64,000 nt of DNA from Camelus dromedarius (lineage: Eukaryota): the NCBI RefSeq assembly GCF_036321535.1, contig NC_087437.1, positions 79,052,001-79,116,000 of the forward strand, written 5' to 3'. Positions within the stretch are counted from its first letter, which is position 1. Each line of letters begins with the position of its first letter. The notes beneath the pieces are model-generated. The model made no database searches, was not told where the DNA came from, and saw only the letters and a program-made list of their open reading frames with translations. The translations under genes and the position numbers were made by a program. This document shows positions 39,243-52,055 of this stretch, piece after piece.

Positions 39243-39362
39243 TTTGTAAGCTCATTGAGGCAGAGGCTTGTATCACTTGCCCTCTTCATCTTTAAATCAG
39301 ACACAGTGCTGACATATGTTAGGTACTTGCTAAATATGGGTTAAATGTAGTTTAATGAATCA
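39243..39362 (+). mobile_element. LINE-2 3' end
   Basis: tgtaagctcattgaggcagagg...cacagtgctgacatatgttaggtactt...taaatatg. Confidence 0.7.
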
Positions 39363-40479
39363 TCTATCTCATCCCCACAGTGATTTCAGATGAATTGCTT
39401 TGCCTTTGTGCTGTTTTCTTTGATACTTAATGTCATCATCTGGGATATGCACCAAAGATGCTATTCAGAATAAAAGTTTCCAGGATTTTCACTGGGGCAG
39501 GATAAAAGCACAATCTATCATTATCTGGGTTTAAAGATATAACTGCTTATCTTTTATTAAAAATGAAAAATTTGAGTCAAAGAAATTGTTTGAATTTAGA
39601 GAAATTATGAAATAGCTGGAGATAAAAGGATTACACTGGTATCATTTGCCTTCTGATTTATCTGTACTACGTTAACCACATTTAAGCATGCTGCAATGCC
39701 AGACTTGATCCAGGCTCCAGAGAGAAACTCTTAGTAAATGTGTATTAATTCATTGAGACTACAATGCAACATTATTTACCATGTCTATTGCAGAATAGAT
39801 TTTGTTACTTCTGACTTTTACCCTCCTTCTTTTCATTCTTTTTATAACCAACAAATTCCTGGAAATTGTTTACCTCCTTGATAGCTTTTGAAAATGTGTA
39901 TAGCTTTCAGTTAAACCCAATGGTTCTTTCTCCTTTGGGCCTTCCCCACTGATTACAGCTGAAGCTTTTCCCCCTTTTTTTTTCATGCTGTAGAATGTAC
40001 TGGCTCATTCTACACAGTTTGCCCCTATGATTACAGTCCTAGATTATTAAGTAACTTTTCTAGTTGTATATGGCAAATTTTCCTCAACAACCTATAAGGC
40101 AATAACTCTAATTCTGCTTAAGCCTAAGGCAAGTTAAGTTATTGTTGATTATAGCTAGTTTTTTTTTTTAGGTATGACACTATGTTTACATAGAATTGTA
40201 TTCTTTATGCAAATCATTTAGATTCTCTCAAGAAGTCATTTGTAGTTATTTTGTAGGACTCAAGACAATGTGGTAAAGTGAGAAGTAAACTAGATTGAAG
40301 GTGAAGAAACCCGATTTTTTAAATCTCTAATTGTAGTTGTGGCTTTGAACTTTGAACATCTGCTATTTATCTGAGAACACTCAGATAAAAAACAGTAGTA
40401 GGGACAAGTAAAAATTCATGACAAAATATGATGTTACACTATAGCAGAACATGTAAGAAATACCTGATGTTCTACTTAA

Positions 40480-40885
40480 GAACAGAACCAGAAGGAGATA
40501 CCTGAACTAAGTCCTAAAAAGCACATAGAAAGGAACTGGGAAAATAATGGGAGGACAGAGTGTTTTGGCTGAAAGTATATATATTACCAAGGGCTTGGTG
40601 ACATAAAAAACAAGGAAACTCTGCAGAGAACTGCATTTATTTGCATAACCAGATTGGCAAGGGGTTGTGGTAAAGAAAAAGGATATAATGAGATGAATCT
40701 GGAGTGGTTCACAGTACACTTGGGTAAAATACCAAATAAATATGATTTCATCTTATAGGTTACAAAAGAGTCATTAAATAATTTATAGTCTATTTAAATA
40801 TTCTATTCTAAAGTCTATCTAAACTATTCTAATACTAATCTAATACAGGTGAGTTGATTTAGAGAAGAAGCAGTTGGAAGTGATT
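40480..40885 (-). mobile_element. LINE-2 fragment
   Basis: aggagatacctgaactaagtcctaaaa...gagtgttttggctgaaag...aaagggcttgg-like purine-rich antisense L2 body. Confidence 0.5.
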
Positions 40886-40899
40886 TGGAAACATAAAGG

Positions 40900-41085
40900 A
40901 ATGACGGACTTCAGACTCCTCTCCAGAGCTGAGAAAGGAGGATTTCCTCACCAGCCTGTGACAAGTGCCTCTGTTACTCTAAAGTGAAGATATTACCCAG
41001 TCAGAAAGTTTACAAGCTCATCAAACTCTCTAGGTCTGTTTTCTCACTTGTGAGGTTGGGAGTCTGGATTAGATTTCTGATGCCT
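40900..41085 (+). mobile_element. MIR fragment
   Basis: tcaaactctctaggtctgttttctcacttgtgaggttgggagtctggattagatttct. Confidence 0.5.
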
Positions 41086-41199
41086 AGGAAGGATTTGATT
41101 TGCAGAAGTTGTTTTATTCCTCTACAGGCCTTAGACTATACTTTGAGAAATAAATGTACTGATCACATTTATGACTTATTTTATTCTCATTCCTTGGCA

Positions 41200-41460
41200 G
41201 TGATTAAAAGATGGATCACCACCGTATTCACTGGGTCCAAACTCAAACTGGCAGGAAAGAGGAAGCAGAGGACACATACTTTCCCTTTAAGAAAACCACG
41301 TAGAAATTGTAGGCATCAGTTCTACACACCTCTTTGGCTAAGATCTCAGTCATACTGAGCCATACTATTCCTCAGTATGAGGAATGTTGGGAAATGCCAT
41401 CTTTGGCTGACAGTAGGAGGGCCTGTATATTACTTGGCATTAACAGCAGCCTAAGCCATG
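41200..41460 (-). mobile_element. MaLR LTR fragment (MLT1J-like)
   Basis: ggcaggaaagaggaag...ttccctttaagaaaac...ttggctaagatctcagtcata...tgggaaatg. Confidence 0.6.
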
Positions 41461-41516
41461 AGTTTTTGGAACAAGAGTTTAATACTTTTCACCATTCCAA
41501 AGCCTATGCCCTAGAT

Positions 41517-41733
41517 CAGGGTCAGTAAACTATGCCCCATGGGCTGAATCTGCCCAGCCTTCTATTTTGTAAACAAGATTGTTTTGCAACTCAGCCACCT
41601 ATATTCTTTATGTATTTTCTAGAGTTGCTTTTCTTTATAGAGGTATAGTTGAGTAATTGCAACAAAGACTATGTGATCCACTAAGCCTAAAATATTTACT
41701 ATCTGGCCATTTATAGAGAAAATTGCCATCCTG
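41517..41733 (+). mobile_element. MER58A hAT-Charlie MITE
   Basis: CAGGG...CCTG ends; aagcctaaaatatttactatctggcc; degenerate 8-bp TSD ccctagat/tcctaaac. Confidence 0.92.
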
Positions 41734-41769
41734 TCCTAAACTACTGGGCAACAAATCTTGTTTATTCCC

Positions 41770-42255
41770 TGTGGTGTGCCTCCTCACACATATCTAGTCT
41801 CTACCCTCTACTATTCTGCACTTTGCCTTGAGTAGAGGAGTTTTCCTAGGCTCCCTCATAGTCCCCATTGCTATACTTGCCTTTGTTTCTAGTTTCCTGT
41901 AGGATCTGGCTAGAGGGATAAATTGGCAAGATCAGAGTGCTAGAGGAGAGACACATGGAGATTCTTTTCCCCACTCCCGGAATATATTGTTAACCTACTT
42001 CTGAGTGTGTTTGTGTTTGACCACAAACACAAATACAACTCTTAGTTAAGCAGCTCTCCCTTCCATGTTTCCAGTCACCCAAGGTGCCAGTAACCGTATC
42101 ACTCTTCCCTTCCTCAGACCTGGGGTTGTCATGCATTCCTGTTTCGCTAAACCTTAATGCATCACAACTTGGTTTCCTTCAACAGTTTTTCTTCATATTT
42201 TTCCATCTCTCTGGAATTCTGAATGACACAACCATGGCTCTCTAGAGCCTGACAA
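41770..42255 (+). mobile_element. ERVL LTR (LTR33-like)
   Basis: tgtgcctcc...ctctaccctct...gggctccctc...ggcaagatcagagtgctagaggagag. Confidence 0.6.
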
Positions 42256-42344
42256 TTCTTGTCTTTGTGTAAGATTACACGCATTGTCTTGAATTAAAAT
42301 TAAAGTAGAGAAACCTGGAATGCTTGAAGAAAAGCTATCAAGCT

Positions 42345-42825
42345 ATCATGGGTGGTAGAGGCTGGCCCAGTTTAATCACATGCATCCTCAAAAGTAGAAG
42401 AGGAAGGTAGAAGATTTGGTCAGAGAGAAGCAACAGTAGAAAGAAGAAACAGAATAGATTTGGGAGGAATTTGAACTACCATTACCAGCTTCCAAGATGA
42501 AGGAAGGAGATTGTGTGGAATGGAACGTGGATATCTTCTAGAAGCTGGATAGATAACCAGGAAGATGGATAACCCCAGCAAGAAAATGGAGAGCTCAATT
42601 CTACAACTGAAAGGAACTGAATTTTGTCAATAACATGAATGAACAAGGAAATGGATTCTCTGCTAGAGCCTTTAGGAAGACTGCAGGCTGCTGACACTTA
42701 GACTTTAGCCTGATAAAACCCATGTCAGACTCCTGACCTATAAAACTGTAAAATAATAGATTTGTCTTGTTTTAAGTTGTTAACTTTATGGTAATTTGTT
42801 ATAGCAGCAATCGAAAAGTGAAAAG
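42345..42825 (+). mobile_element. MaLR LTR (MLT1D/E-like)
   Basis: ccagcaagaaaatggag...aaggaactgaatttt...ggattctctgctagagcct...ggtaatttgttatagcagcaat. Confidence 0.9.
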
Positions 42826-43149
42826 TAATGTAGAATGAGTTCATTTCAACTGATTTTTTTATGAAACCTCCTCATAAAATTACAAATAAACAAAAGAAAA
42901 CCATCAAGTTTGTTTTCTAGTTATTTTTCTAAGACCAAAAATTACACTTATAAAAGCAGATGAATACAGACATTAATTAAGGTTAAGTTCAAATCAAAGT
43001 GTTATTAAAATGGCCATGTGTGTGAAAAGTTACTGTAGACCACCAGGGACTAGCTCGGGTAATGGACAAAGGAAAGAAAAACAATATAATCAGTGGGTAA
43101 TGGGGTAGGGTTGGTGGAAATTAGAGGATAGAATTAATGTAAAATTAGT

Positions 43150-43335
43150 ACAAAGAGAAATTAGTGCAAAATGACTAGTGAAAGTAAATAAATTAGAAAG
43201 GATACTTTTAAAAGAATAAAGGAAGAGAAGGTAAAACAGAAGAATGAAGAAAGGAAGGAAAGATGAATGAATGAGTGGAAAGAAAATGAAAAGATAAAAT
43301 ATTGAAAGTGAAAGAGAGAGAACTAATGAAGAAAT
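43150..43335. repeat. GA-rich low-complexity tract
   Basis: Purine-rich GAAA/GAAG repeats. Confidence 0.7.
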
Positions 43336-43685
43336 AAATTTTGTGAGACCCACCTACAAAAAATTCTTAATTCCAAGCATCCTTTATTTAGTAATTCCTA
43401 TGTAGCCTCTGTAATCTTTCTTTTCTGAACTTACTCCTTTATCAAAAATGCAAGAGGCCAGCTGCCCTGAACCCTTTACTCCTTCATGCTGGCTCAATCT
43501 TTTTGTCTGCACTCCAAATTCTCCTTGCTTACTCGCCTCCAAATTACCACTTTATTATTACATCTTCCTTTGGTGGATTTAGGCTTTCCTTTTATTGCTG
43601 TATCACTTCACTTTGTTGCTCTTTCTTACTCATACGTTTTTGGAATAGAGAGATTTGTTCTCCTTCTGACAATAATCAAATCTGT

Positions 43686-46563
43686 GTTTTATTGAACTTC
43701 ACTTTATTGTGCTTGGCAGAAACTGCATTTTTTTTTACAAACGGAAGGTTTGTGGCAACCCCGCATCCAGCAAGCCTACCTGTGCGATTTTTCCCACAGC
43801 ATTTGCTCACTTTGTCTCTGTCTCACATTTTGGTTTTTCTCACAATGTTTTAAACTTTTAAATTATGATTATACTTGTTATGGTGACCTGGTGATCTGTG
43901 ATCTTTGATGTTAGTATTGTAATTGTTTGGGGGCACCACAAACCGCATCCACATAAGCTGGCAAACTTAATGAATAAATGTTGTGTGTGTTCTGACTAGT
44001 CCATCAACTATCCTCTCTCCCATCTCTCTCCCTCTCCTCAGGCCTCACTGTTTCCTGAGACAGCAATATTGAAACTGGGCCAACTAATAACCCTACAATG
44101 GCCTGTAAGTGTTGAAGTGAAAGAGTCAGTATCTCTCACTTTAAATCAAAAGCTAGAAATGATTAAGTTTAGTGAGTCAAAAGCCAAGCCAGGCTTCTTG
44201 CACCAGTTCTCCAGGCTATGAATACAAAGGAAAGGTTGAAGGAAGTTAAAAGTGCTATTCCAGTGAACACAGGAATACTAGGAAAGCAAAAAAAGCCTCA
44301 TTGTTGACAAGGAGAAGGTTGTAGTGGTCTGAATAGAAGATCAAAACAGCTACAACGTTCCCCTAAGGCAAAGCCTAATCCGAAGCAAAGCCCTAATGCT
44401 CTTCAATTCCATGAAGGCTGAGAGAGGTGAGGAAGCTACAGAAGAAAAGCCTGAAGACAGCAGAGGTTTAAGGAAAGAAGACATGTCCATAACATCAGAG
44501 TGCAAGACGTTATTAGCAAGTGCTGATGTAGAAACTGCAGCAGTTGGAAGATTTAGCTAAGATCATTCATGAAGGTGGCTACACTAAACAACAGACTTTC
44601 AGTGTAGATGAAACAGCCTTATATTAGAAGAAGATGACTTTTAGGGCTTTCATAGCTAGAAAGAAGGAGTCAATGCCTGGCTTCAAAGTTTCAAAAAACA
44701 GGCTGACTCTCTTGTTAGGGGCTAATGCAGCTGGTGGCTTTAAATTGAAGCCAATGTTTATTTACCACTTTGAAAATCCTAAGGCCCGTAAGAGTAATGC
44801 TAAATTAACTCTGACTGTGCTGTAAAAGTGGAGCAACAAAGCCGGGATGACAGCACATCTGTTTACAACATGGTTTACTGAATATATTAAGCCCACTGTT
44901 GAGATCTCCCAATCAGAAAAAAAAATTATTTAAAAATATTACTGGTCATTGACAACACATCTGGTCACCCAGGAACTCTGATGAAGATCTATAATAAATT
45001 AATGTTGTTTTCATGCCTGCTAATGTTGCCGAAAGATCGGCCCCCATCCCTGACGTGCCAAATAACCCAGAGACAAGGTCTTGGAGCTTAGAAGAAAAGC
45101 AATTTTATTGCTTTGCCAGGCAAAGGGGATTCACAGCAGGCTAGTGCCTTCAAAACTGTGAAACCACCTTGGGGATGGGATGGGGTGATTATATAGCCAT
45201 AACCTCAAACAATAAAGCCCCGATAACAATCAACAGAATCATTTTCTCATCAGAAGACAGAGTGGTGTCATGATGCCCCCAGGTGACCAATTCTACAGAG
45301 GCTTGCGGTTAGATCTCTTTATCTCGTAAGCACTCAAGGTGTGGTCTTCTTGGTGATTCAAGCTATTTTGTAAGGTTAAAATTCTGTGACCTTCTCCCTG
45401 GAGATCAACTCAGAGACCAAGCATGATTATAGCTTTTGATTACTGAAATAAAGTAGAAACAGTAAAATCAATAGCTTTAGTTTTAACAGTGGGCCTGGAA
45501 CTGTGAGTAGCAACCGGCCAGTCAGGCCGGTTCACCCTTTTAAGGGCAAGCATAAAAATAAACAATCTGTTAGCCTAAGTGTGGCCATTTTATTAATCCT
45601 TCTTCGCTAATACAACATCCATTCTGCAGCCCATGGGTCAAGGAGTAGTTTTGACTTTCTAGGCTTATTATTTAAGAAATGCATTTCATAAGGCTTTAGC
45701 TACCATAGATAGTGATTCTTCTGATGGATCTGGGTAAAATAAATTAAAAACCTGGAAAGGATTTGCTATTCTAGATGCCATTAAGAATATTTGTAATTCA
45801 TGGAAAGAGTTCAAAATATAAACATTAACAGGAGTTTGGGAGTTGATTCCAACTCTCATAGATGACTTTGAAGGGTTCAAGACTTCAGTGAAGGAAGTAA
45901 CTGCAAATATGATGGAAATAGAAAGAGACCTAGAATTAGAAGTGGAGCCTGATGATGTGCCTGAATTGCTGCAATGTCATGATAAAACTTGAATGGATGA
46001 GGAGTGGTGTCTTATGGATGAACAAAGAAAGTGGTTTGTTGAGATGGAACCTACTTTTGGTGAAGACTGTTGAAATGACAAAAGATTTATAATATTACAT
46101 AAACATAGTCGATAAAGCAGTGACAGCTTTTAAGATGATTGACTTCAATTCTGAAAAAATTCTACTGCTGGTAAAATGATATCAAACAGTATTGCATGCT
46201 GCAAAGAAATTGTTCATGAAAGGAAGAGTCTGATCAATGTGGCAAACTTCATTGTTGTCTTATTTTAAGAAGTTGCCAAAGCTACACCAGTCCTTAGCAG
46301 TCATCATCATCATCAAGACAAAACCAGCACAAAGACTGTGACTTTCTGAAGACTCACATAATGATTAGCATTTTTAACAATAATGAATTTTTAAATTAAT
46401 GTATGTGCTTGTTTTTTTTAGACATAATACTATTTGCACACTTAATAGACTACAGTATAGTGCTGACATAATTTAATTTGCACTGGGAAGCCAAAAAATT
46501 TGTGTGACTTGCTTTATTGTGGTAGTCTGAAACTGAACCTGCAATATCTCCTAGGCATGCCTG
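43686..46563 (+). mobile_element. Near full-length Tigger1 DNA transposon with decayed pogo-family transposase, interrupted by an LTR
   Basis: ORF 44634..44825 ([33 protein letters not shown]...[13 protein letters not shown]) is Tigger transposase DDE region. Right TIR ...aggcatgcctg is followed by TA; left end begins gttttattg...ctttattgtgctt. Confidence 0.97.
45024..45606 (-). mobile_element. Solo ERV1-like LTR (~583 bp) inserted into Tigger1
   Basis: Interrupts Tigger1 at gcctgctaa|tacaacatcc with TSD CTAA (45020-45023, 45607-45610). Minus-strand AATAAA at 45103-45108 and a TATA-like motif at ~45189-45195; several CpGs retained. Confidence 0.9.
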
Positions 46564-47271
46564 TATCAGGCATAGATCCAAAACTACCACACGTCTGGAC
46601 TTTGAAAGTGAAAGCCAGAGAAGAAGGCGAATGAGGGACACATGGGACATCAATTCTCTATGTGGACAGATGATTGCAGGTTGCTTCATTTCTTGAATTC
46701 CTACCTCTTGAAGCAATAAAACACTTATGAAATACACTGTTTGGAGAAAGAAGATAAATAACAGCAACTCATTTCAGTCAAGAGAGAAAATGCTGAGTGT
46801 ATTGATGATTGGAGTTGAGTAAGTTGGTGGAGTATTAATATTGTGGGCAGTATTTTCAATTGGAATTAAGTTCAGGTTGAGTCTTCTTATTTAACAGATA
46901 CTGTAAGACCAATAGACTCTAAGTAAAGAATTTAATAAGTAAAACTCTTCCTTGCTATCACTTTCTGCATGTGTCAGTAACTTAGAAAGCCATGCATAAT
47001 TCGAGCAGATCCTATATAAACAGTTATTTGCATATTATGAGTAGTATAGCAATAGGTGATCCATTTCACACTCTAAATCATGATCAAGGAGGCTTGGAAT
47101 TAAACAGCATTTTTTACCAGATCTTCATTTTATGCTGCCATTTCTTTGGACCTCTATTTAATTACATGTATATTTTGCACAAGTGAATCAAGCAGTCTGA
47201 TTAAGTCTCTTGGGAAATTACTACCTTAAAACTTTAAAAAAACTTTCAGTATGAAATAGGGTTGGCTTGCA

Positions 47272-48035
47272 TTTTTTCTTTTTTTTTTTTTTTATTGTGG
47301 CAAAATATACATAATAAAAATTACCATTTTAACCACTGTTAAGTGTATATAGTTCAGTGGCATTAAGTATATTCATGTTGTTGTGCAACCATCCCCACCA
47401 TCCATCTCCAGAACTTTTTTATCTTCACAAACTGAAACTTTATACATATCAAACAATAACTCCCCATTCTCCAGTCCCACCAGCTCATGGTGACTAACAT
47501 TCTAACTTTCTGTTTTTATGAATTTGACAACATTAGATACCTCATATAAGTAGAATCATACTGTATATGTCCTTTTGTCTCTGGGTTATTTCACTTAGCA
47601 TAATGTCTGCAAGATTCATCTATGCTGTAGCATATGTAAGATGTTCTTTTTTTTTGTAAGGCTGAATAACATTCCATTGTGTGTATATACCACATTTTGT
47701 TTATCCATTTATCTGTTGATGGACATTTGAATAGTTTCCATATTTTGGCTATTGTCAGTAGTGCTTCTATGAACATAGATGTACAAATATGCATTCAAGT
47801 CCTCACTTTCAGTTATTTTAGGTATAGACACAGAATAGAATTACTGGATCATATAATAATTCCATATTTTATATTTTGAGTAACCACCATACTGTTTTCC
47901 ACAGAGGGTGCACCGTATACATGTCCACCAGCAACGCACAAGTGTTCTAATGTCTCCACATCCTCACTGACACTATCTTTTGCTTTTCTGATAATAATCC
48001 CACTTGTTGTAATGTGGTATCTGACTGTGGTGTCA
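47272..48035 (-). mobile_element. LINE-1 3' end (L1MB-like), 5' truncated
   Basis: Poly(T); ttcagtggcattaagtatattcatgttgttgtgcaaccatc. ORF 47591..47794(-) CTSMFIEALLTIAKIWK...CPSTDKWINKMWYIHTME is the L1 ORF2p C-terminus. Confidence 0.95.
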
Positions 48036-48624
48036 GGGTTGCATTCTTTAAGAGCATAAAGATATAAGATAAATTATATTTTCAAACTCAGAGTTCCTCT
48101 GTGGAATTAACAGCATGAGGGATGCAGACCACCTGGTGAGGTACAGAAAAAATAGATCCTAAGATCCAGTTGAAACTTTGCAAAAGATATTCATCTGGTG
48201 GTCAAGAATTACCTCTATGGTCTGCAGTTCCTTAAATACTACTTTAGCTGATGTTGTGAATTTTGTAAAATCCATTTGTAAAGTTATATGGTGCTCAGGA
48301 GGCAGAACGAGGTTTTACTAGTAAGAGCTTCAGCTTCATAGATTTAGGCCTGGGGGAACATAAAGAAACTTCAGTAATAGAGTTTTCCAGTAGAATCACA
48401 GCTACCAGGTCAAGTGATTAACACATCACTGAAATTATTCAAGGAGAATTCACAAAGAGAATTTAAGAAGAAATGTGTACATTGATTGGAGATTAGCCCA
48501 TTAAATGCCAAGGCCTCTGTAACTTCTTAAATCCTGCATGTATTCATCCACATTATATTCCAAAAGATAGCCATAACCTTAAAAAAAAAAAGTCTACCTT
48601 TACATCTGTGACACAACATTTCAA

Positions 48625-49042
48625 CATGCTCACTGATAATCTGGCTTCCCTCCTCTTCCAGGCACACCTGAGTATTGTACTTTACCCTTCCCTTTGAAAT
48701 TAGGGATAACTAATTATGGTCAGTGAATTATGGGTGAAAATATTGCCAATCACTTCCACGCTGAAGTATTCAATTGCAGAAGAGAGATCCTCTAACCATG
48801 CACTTTGCAAGTCATGCCAATCATGGAAGCATGTGTTGCGATGGAGCCTGTATCAGCCTGGATCCCTAAATGACCACAAGGGAAAACACTCACACCCCAT
48901 CTCCCTTCCCACATGATCCACTTGCACTGGACGTTGTTTTGTGAATGAGAAATAATCTCTGTTGTTTTAAGCCATTGTTTTATTTGTTTGTTTGTTTGCT
49001 TGTTTTAACCACAACAAAATCTAACTTCTCCTGACCACCATA
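48625..49042 (+). mobile_element. MaLR LTR (MLT1I/J-like)
   Basis: tcagcctggatccctaaatgacc...gtgaatgagaaataatctctgttgttttaagcca. Confidence 0.8.
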
Positions 49043-50691
49043 GTCTCTGACTGAATTTTGGCTTCTTTTTTGTTTCTATGGGTCTACATTTGGATTTGCT
49101 AGAAATGCTCACATCTCCTAAGTCATATCCTAAAATCTAAATACTAATACATAAAATTCTAATATATAAAAATTTGGGTTCAGGTTATTGCAGGTTTAAA
49201 TTCCAGACATCCTTTATAATCTCATCAGAATGTTCTAATGAGGAAAGTAGAATTTAAGACAAAGCATCAGAGAGGAGATGTCCTCAGTTTGGTCTCATCA
49301 TATAACTGGGCAATTCACAAACTTCTCAGGGTCTTCACTGATAAATTTGAAATGTGGATTGTATTAATGAGTGTTCCAAAATGTCCCTTCACAGAGTTAT
49401 TGTATGGATCAAAAGAGATTATATGCAAGCAAAAATATTCTAGGTGCAGAAGTATACTATGAAGGAAAAAAAATTAGAAACAAGCTCAGCATAGAAAACT
49501 ATGCAAAAACACAATTTAAAATTACCTTTCAAGAGCTTAGAACTTCTCTAGAAGCATGCAATGCATGGTTAGTGGATACAAGAAAACTAACCTCATTATA
49601 TTTCAATTCTCCAGTGGTATAGCATGCACATGTCTACATTAGTTCTGTAAAATAGGAACAATGCTATGTGCACAACTCTAGGCTTCTAAGAGAAAATTCT
49701 GACCAATTTACAGAGCAATAAAATCGATTGAGGGTATACCAATAAACCTCTATTCTCCAGTGATGCCTATGGAAGAATCCATTGTTTAAAACACTCATTT
49801 TTAAAATCCTGAACAAGTACCCTAACCTACATGAAATATAATAAAGTATGTGTTCCTTACTGAAGTACTGCCCAGTAGAGTCTTGTGAAATCATTAAATA
49901 CTGCACTGAATATAATAAAAATTCCATTTTCAGAACATTCAAGTTGCTGCCTGAATTTGGCTCTATAAACGGTATTCCTTGGCTCAAGCTGAACACTCAG
50001 TCACCCCAAGTCAGAAATGTCCCCTGCTTCTGACCTCATAGATTATGTCCAATGCTGTAAATTATTGTTTTTAATGTTCACTTACTTTGTTTTATTAGAT
50101 AGGAAATGATTATCATTGTTTCTTCTATAATTGCCTTTATCAAATTTGAGCACTTGAAATTAATCAATTGATGAGAGATGCTCTATTACTTGTATGGTGT
50201 GACAGATTTTATGCAGAAATCCCTATATATTTCAGCAGAACAAAGATGTTATGGGGGGTATGTCAGCAAGTTGACACACTCTAAGTTGTTTTCTCAGAAC
50301 CACAAAAACAGGCAATTACACACATGGGTTGAAGTTGTCTACTGCTCATTTGCAGTTAGGCTTAAAATATCCACTTTTGTGTGCAAAATATGATCATACA
50401 TGCCCTATGAGCATTTGTTCAATTTTTTAAGAACCATATTTCAGAATATAAGGGCAGATCTCATATATTATTTGTAATAGAAAAATAACTATCTTTTCTG
50501 TAATATGGCCAAATTTTCTATCCAAAAATTTTGAATTATATTGATTTTAGCCCAGACAAATAAAACACATTGTTTGTACAAATATGTAAATATTTTGGTA
50601 AATATTTCAGGAAAATGATTTTTCCTTTTTACAAATTTCCAATTTAGGTAAGCCCTTTCTCTTAGGAGCATAGAGTATGTACATAGCCCTT

Positions 50692-51182
50692 TGTATTTTT
50701 TCCTAAGTCTGCTGTAACAAATTATCAGAGACTCCTAAGTGGCTTAAAAAAAATCCCAGAAACTTACTATCTAAAGTTTTGGAGGTCAGAAATCTGAATC
50801 AAGGTGTCTGCAGGGCTGCACTCCTTTGAAGGCTCTAGAGGAAACCTTTCTTACTTCTTCCAGATTCCAGTGGCTCCAGATTTTCCTTGGCTTGGGGCTG
50901 GATAACTCTAGTCTCTGCCTCCATCATCACGCAGTTTGCTTCTCTGTGTCTTTGACTCCCACATCTTCCTGTGCTTTTCTCTTACAAGGCTTATAAGGAT
51001 GCCTGTCACTGGTTAGGCCCTAAATCTAGTGAGATTTCATCTCAAGATCCTTAACTTGCTTCCATCCGCTAAGTCTCTTTTGCAAGTAAAGTCAGATTCA
51101 GTTTCCAGGTGTTAGAAAATGAGCATATCTGTTGTTTATGTGTTTGTTTTAGCAGGGTTGGAAGCACTAGCCAACTCCCAAC
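50692..51182 (-). mobile_element. MaLR LTR (MLT1C-like)
   Basis: ctgctgtaacaaattatc...tggaggtcagaaatctgaatcaaggtgtctgcagggctgcactcc...gaaggctctagagga; possible TSD ccctt/cccat. Confidence 0.9.
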
Positions 51183-51529
51183 CCCATGCTCTTCTAAAAT
51201 GTTTTAAGAATTGGTCCATGTTAGGGAAATTATCCATATAAAAGACATAAATTTTATTGTAATCAGTTATGTCAGCCTGATCTATCAGCTGAGGTAGCTA
51301 TTACTTGCTGTCTCTCTGTTACAAGATTGGTAGAAGAGTCAAATCAAATCAAAGATGAGGTTTACTGCTTAGGTGAAGTGAAATAGTAAAATGTGAGAAA
51401 ATCATGAGAAGCTAAATAAAGCATGCAAGAACACAAGGTGGAATGAGTATGTATTCACTTTGTCTTAGTACCTCTAGCTTGATAAGAAAATAAGAATGGA
51501 AAATGATATTCTGTCAACAGTCACATTTG

Positions 51530-52055
51530 GCATTTCACTAAATGCCTTTTCATCAGTTGGTATGCTTTTCTTTTTTGGTGTGTTAATATGATGAAATGCA
51601 TTAGACAGTTTGGAAAGTGAATTCAACCTTATATTTATGGGAGAAACAAAACTTAGTCATGATGTATTGTTAGATTCGACTTGGTAAATTTTTCTTAAGA
51701 ATTTTTACTTACATGTTCATGTTAATTTAGGATATTGGTCTATCTTAATGTTTTTCTCTGATATTGGTTAAAAAAAAAGTAATGTGAACTTCATAGATTG
51801 AACTGGATTGTATTTCCTTACCTCCAATATTCAGAGAAATTCTGTGTAGATTTATTAGTGTTTCTCCCTTACATGTTTGGAAAAATTCTCCAGGGAAGCC
51901 ATCTAGGCCTCAAATTATTTTATTGGTAGCTTTGTTTTGTTCTATTTGTTTTAAATATGATGCATTCAATATTACTGAGCAAATTCTATTTCTTCTTGAA
52001 TGAGCTTTGATGCTTGCTTCGTGTCTTTTAAATAAATTTATCTAGATTGTCAAAA
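51530..52055 (-). mobile_element. Ancient LINE-1 ORF2 fragment
   Basis: ggatattggtctat...tgtttggaaaaattctccagggaagccatctaggcct. Confidence 0.75.

Noticed and set aside
44140..46220. Functional or domesticated Tigger transposase (TIGD1-like gene)
   Set aside because: Many stops and indels plus an LTR insertion; the longest sense ORF is 63 aa.
49861..49905. 45-nt minus-strand exon (ttcAG ... GTAAGG)
   Set aside because: Weak pyrimidine tract, unrecognised peptide, and opposite to the inferred host strand; expected by chance.
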